Of a stretch of 64,000 nucleotides of DNA, positions 61,277 to 64,000 are shown in pieces. Below the pieces are notes generated by a model. That model was not told where the DNA came from. It saw nothing but the letters and a program-made list of their open reading frames with translations, and searched no databases. Made by a program: the position numbers and the translations under genes. The DNA lies in the NCBI RefSeq assembly GCF_023055435.1, contig NW_025964124.1, positions 1,984,001-2,048,000 on the forward strand. The letters are read 5' to 3'. Each line of letters begins with the position of its first letter. Positions within the stretch are counted from its first letter, which is position 1. This stretch comes from Haliotis rufescens. Its lineage: Eukaryota.

Positions 61277-62845
61277 ATGAGCAGCTGTTTGAGAAGTATG
61301 ATGAAAATATTGGTCTTACACTTGTTAATCCTAGGAATGGTCCATGCAAAGAAGAATATTTTATTTTTAGTTTCGGATGATTTGAGACCCGATCTTGGTG
61401 CCTATGACGGACCAGATGCGCCATCTCCAGTTCATCCAAAGATGCACACACCAAATATTGATGCGCTTGCTGCTAGATCCCTCCTTCTTAAGCGAGCTTA
61501 CGTCTCAGTGGCTTTATGCAGTCCAAGCAGGACAGCCCTCCTGACCAGCAGACGCCCTGACACAAGCCACATCTGGCTAATCGGACCTTACTTTCGTCAG
61601 TATGGAGGTAATTTCACTACACTGCCCCAGTATTTCAAACAAAATGGGTACAGAACCATAGGAATTGGGAAAATATTTCACCAAGGCGCATCCTCCGGAG
61701 GTGACGATCCTGTTTCATGGACTGATCCCTACACCCATGCTACTGATGCGTACAGAACTAACAATCTTCTTATTGAAGCGGTCTCCGAGGAGAGAGCTAA
61801 GGCCCAGCCACTACAGGATCAGATTTTGGCAGAGTCTGCCATTCTGGCACTAAAGAAGGTGGCCCCAAAAGCTAGGTCAGGTGAGCGTCCTTTCTTTCTG
61901 GCTGTGGGTTTCCGTAAACCCCATGTTACGTGGAACTTCCCCGCACGCTTTAAGGACTACTATCCTCTGGAAAGTCTGAAGCTACCACCAAATTACTATG
62001 CTCCTGTAGGAATGCCTGCCATTGCATGGAATAATTTCAGTCGCCTGGCACGCTTCAAAGATATGCAAACCTATCACTTGACAAATGTTGGGAACATTAA
62101 CTTTACATTTCCAACAACACTTACTCTGGAAATGCGACAAGCTTATTACAGCTGTGTGAGCTACGTAGATTACGAGCTTGGTAGGGTCATTGACGAGCTG
62201 GATAACTTGGGTTTGACCAATAATACAATAATAGCCTTCTGGGGGGATCATGGATGGCAATTGGGGGAACATTCTGAATGGGAGAAAGAGACGAACTTTG
62301 AGGATGCAACACATGCCCCGATGATGATTCGTGTTCCCGGGGTCACCGATCATGGTGTTGTCACTGAGAAACTAACAGAATTTGTTGATCTCTACCCTAC
62401 CCTCGTGGAGGCTGCAGGACTTCCCAAACTTGGGCAGTGTCCACCAGACTCCCAGAATGTCAGTCTGTGCACAGAGGGTACAAGTATGGTGCCACTTATG
62501 ACGAACCCGACACTGGAAGCGTGGAAAACTGCAGCATTCTCCCAATACCCCAGAGGAGGCAACGGACTTGAGGGGGACATTGTCATGGGTTACAGCATGA
62601 GGACAGAGATGTATCGCTACACAGAGTGGATCAACTTCAAAGGCAGGCCTATTTATAAACCCATGTGGGACCAACTACAGGGAGTTGAACTCTATGATCA
62701 TACGAAAGATCCAGAGGAGAATTGGAACCGAGCCGAGGATCCATCTTACAAAGACGTCAGGGTCGAGTTGTCCAGGAACCTGCAGTTAGGCTGGAGAGGG
62801 GCTCTACCTAGCAGACACGTCGGACATCGTCAACACCACCTGTAA
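61277..62845 (+). CDS. Iduronate-2-sulfatase-like sulfatase, copy 3 (intronless; start 61277 or 61298)
   Basis: Intact ORF, signal peptide, CSPSR motif and all catalytic motifs. Confidence 0.93.
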   Translation: MSSCLRSMMKILVLHLLILGMVHAKKNILFLVSDDLRPDLGAYDGPDAPSPVHPKMHTPNIDALAARSLLLKRAYVSVALCSPSRTALLTSRRPDTSHIWLIGPYFRQYGGNFTTLPQYFKQNGYRTIGIGKIFHQGASSGGDDPVSWTDPYTHATDAYRTNNLLIEAVSEERAKAQPLQDQILAESAILALKKVAPKARSGERPFFLAVGFRKPHVTWNFPARFKDYYPLESLKLPPNYYAPVGMPAIAWNNFSRLARFKDMQTYHLTNVGNINFTFPTTLTLEMRQAYYSCVSYVDYELGRVIDELDNLGLTNNTIIAFWGDHGWQLGEHSEWEKETNFEDATHAPMMIRVPGVTDHGVVTEKLTEFVDLYPTLVEAAGLPKLGQCPPDSQNVSLCTEGTSMVPLMTNPTLEAWKTAAFSQYPRGGNGLEGDIVMGYSMRTEMYRYTEWINFKGRPIYKPMWDQLQGVELYDHTKDPEENWNRAEDPSYKDVRVELSRNLQLGWRGALPSRHVGHRQHHL

Positions 62846-64000
62846 CTACATTTACTGTCCATAACTTCTCATGTCATAAATTGTCATTATGCAAAGAAGA
62901 TATGATTAAATATCATTGTTAACCAAGATGTGGTTTGCTCATTTTGTTTCCACTTACTTTTAAGTGTTAATGGATATTGATTTACATATAACAGGAACAT
63001 TGTTACTGAAAATGAAGAGTGGTTAGAGATATGGTCAACCAACATTGTCTCAAGTAACATAGATAACTTCTACCTCTTATGGCGTTGTGTGCGCAATCTG
63101 TTGGTTAAGTTTACATTTATAAAATAGCAAACCCAGCAGATGAACCTGTCCTATGTTGAACTGATTTGAGTCTTTATTTTATTTTTATTGTCAGTGGTTC
63201 CATTGTCGATGGTTTCGCAAACACCGGATATCATCACTATTAGATAGTGGTTCATAAGTGGCCAGAATTGCTCATGATATAGCCAGAATCAAACTTTTCA
63301 CAGATATTTCTTATGTATATGGAAAGTGTTGTGTTGATTTTATTTTCTGGTGACATAGCTAATTATCACCGGATGTTAGATAAAGCACGTTGGATTTCAT
63401 TTTCTGTGGTTTCAAGACAGGATTCGATTTAATTGAATTCACAACACTAGTAGTAATACTGTTACGAGTCTATTCCCAAATTGAAACAATATATTAACGC
63501 AGAAATCTGTACGTAAATGAACTTAGTGTGAAACCAACAAACAACCAACAAATGGTGAATACTTAACAAGTGTATTACAAAATTAACCAGGTTTACACAT
63601 CAATGCATCAAATACGCGCAAATTACGGAACACCATTTGCAATGGCAGTACACAATAGGGTGGTGGTGCCATATTCAATGACAGTATATAATATGCAGTG
63701 GTCAGTATCAAATGCAAAAATATGGTGATAATCATAGATTCACCCAAGGGCAAGAGTGGTCAAGATTCCGAGATGGACCTAAGCAGGGAATACAGGGTGA
63801 TCTTCACATGAAAGCTGGTCTTGATGTATTATCAGATGAAAATGTGTCATGACATGTGCGAGAGATGTTGTAAAGCTCTATACAATGCTGGACGAATTTC
63901 GCTGTTTCCAGCAGTTACCACACCACCGTAGCATCAAAATATAGTAACTTCCTGACGACTGTTTACATAAAATAGTACTATGTACCTGACGACTGACCAC

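Larger units (their letters stand above)
47180..64000 (+). repeat. Tandem segmental duplication, unit ~6.4-6.6 kb, each with one sulfatase gene; continues past the window end
   Basis: Stop codons at 49834, 56242 and 62845 (periods 6408 and 6603); intergenic blocks 49835-54690, 56243-61290 and 62846-64000 are collinear and nearly identical. Confidence 0.95.

Overview
AT-rich, intron-containing, repeat-rich animal DNA. The SINE/LINE/Tc1/Helentron-like repeat complement suggests a marine mollusc, possibly an abalone-like gastropod (inference). From left to right: (1) a ~5 kb non-coding 39/42-bp minisatellite; (2) TE debris (deleted Tc1, SINEs, a decayed LINE); (3) a five-coding-exon minus-strand IFI44-like GTPase gene with an N-terminal coiled coil and a C-terminal membrane anchor; (4) a divergently oriented multi-exon gene of unknown function with a small alpha/beta domain and a coding 42-bp (14-aa) repeat array; (5) more Tc1, Penelope-like and SINE remnants; (6) a cluster of four intronless, signal-peptide-bearing iduronate-2-sulfatase-like genes. 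The cluster has one inverted frameshifted pseudogene and three intact tandem copies in a ~6.4-6.6 kb repeat unit that runs off the window end. Their amino-acid differences concentrate next to catalytic motifs, and they share an E-box/TC-box + GATA + TATA promoter.
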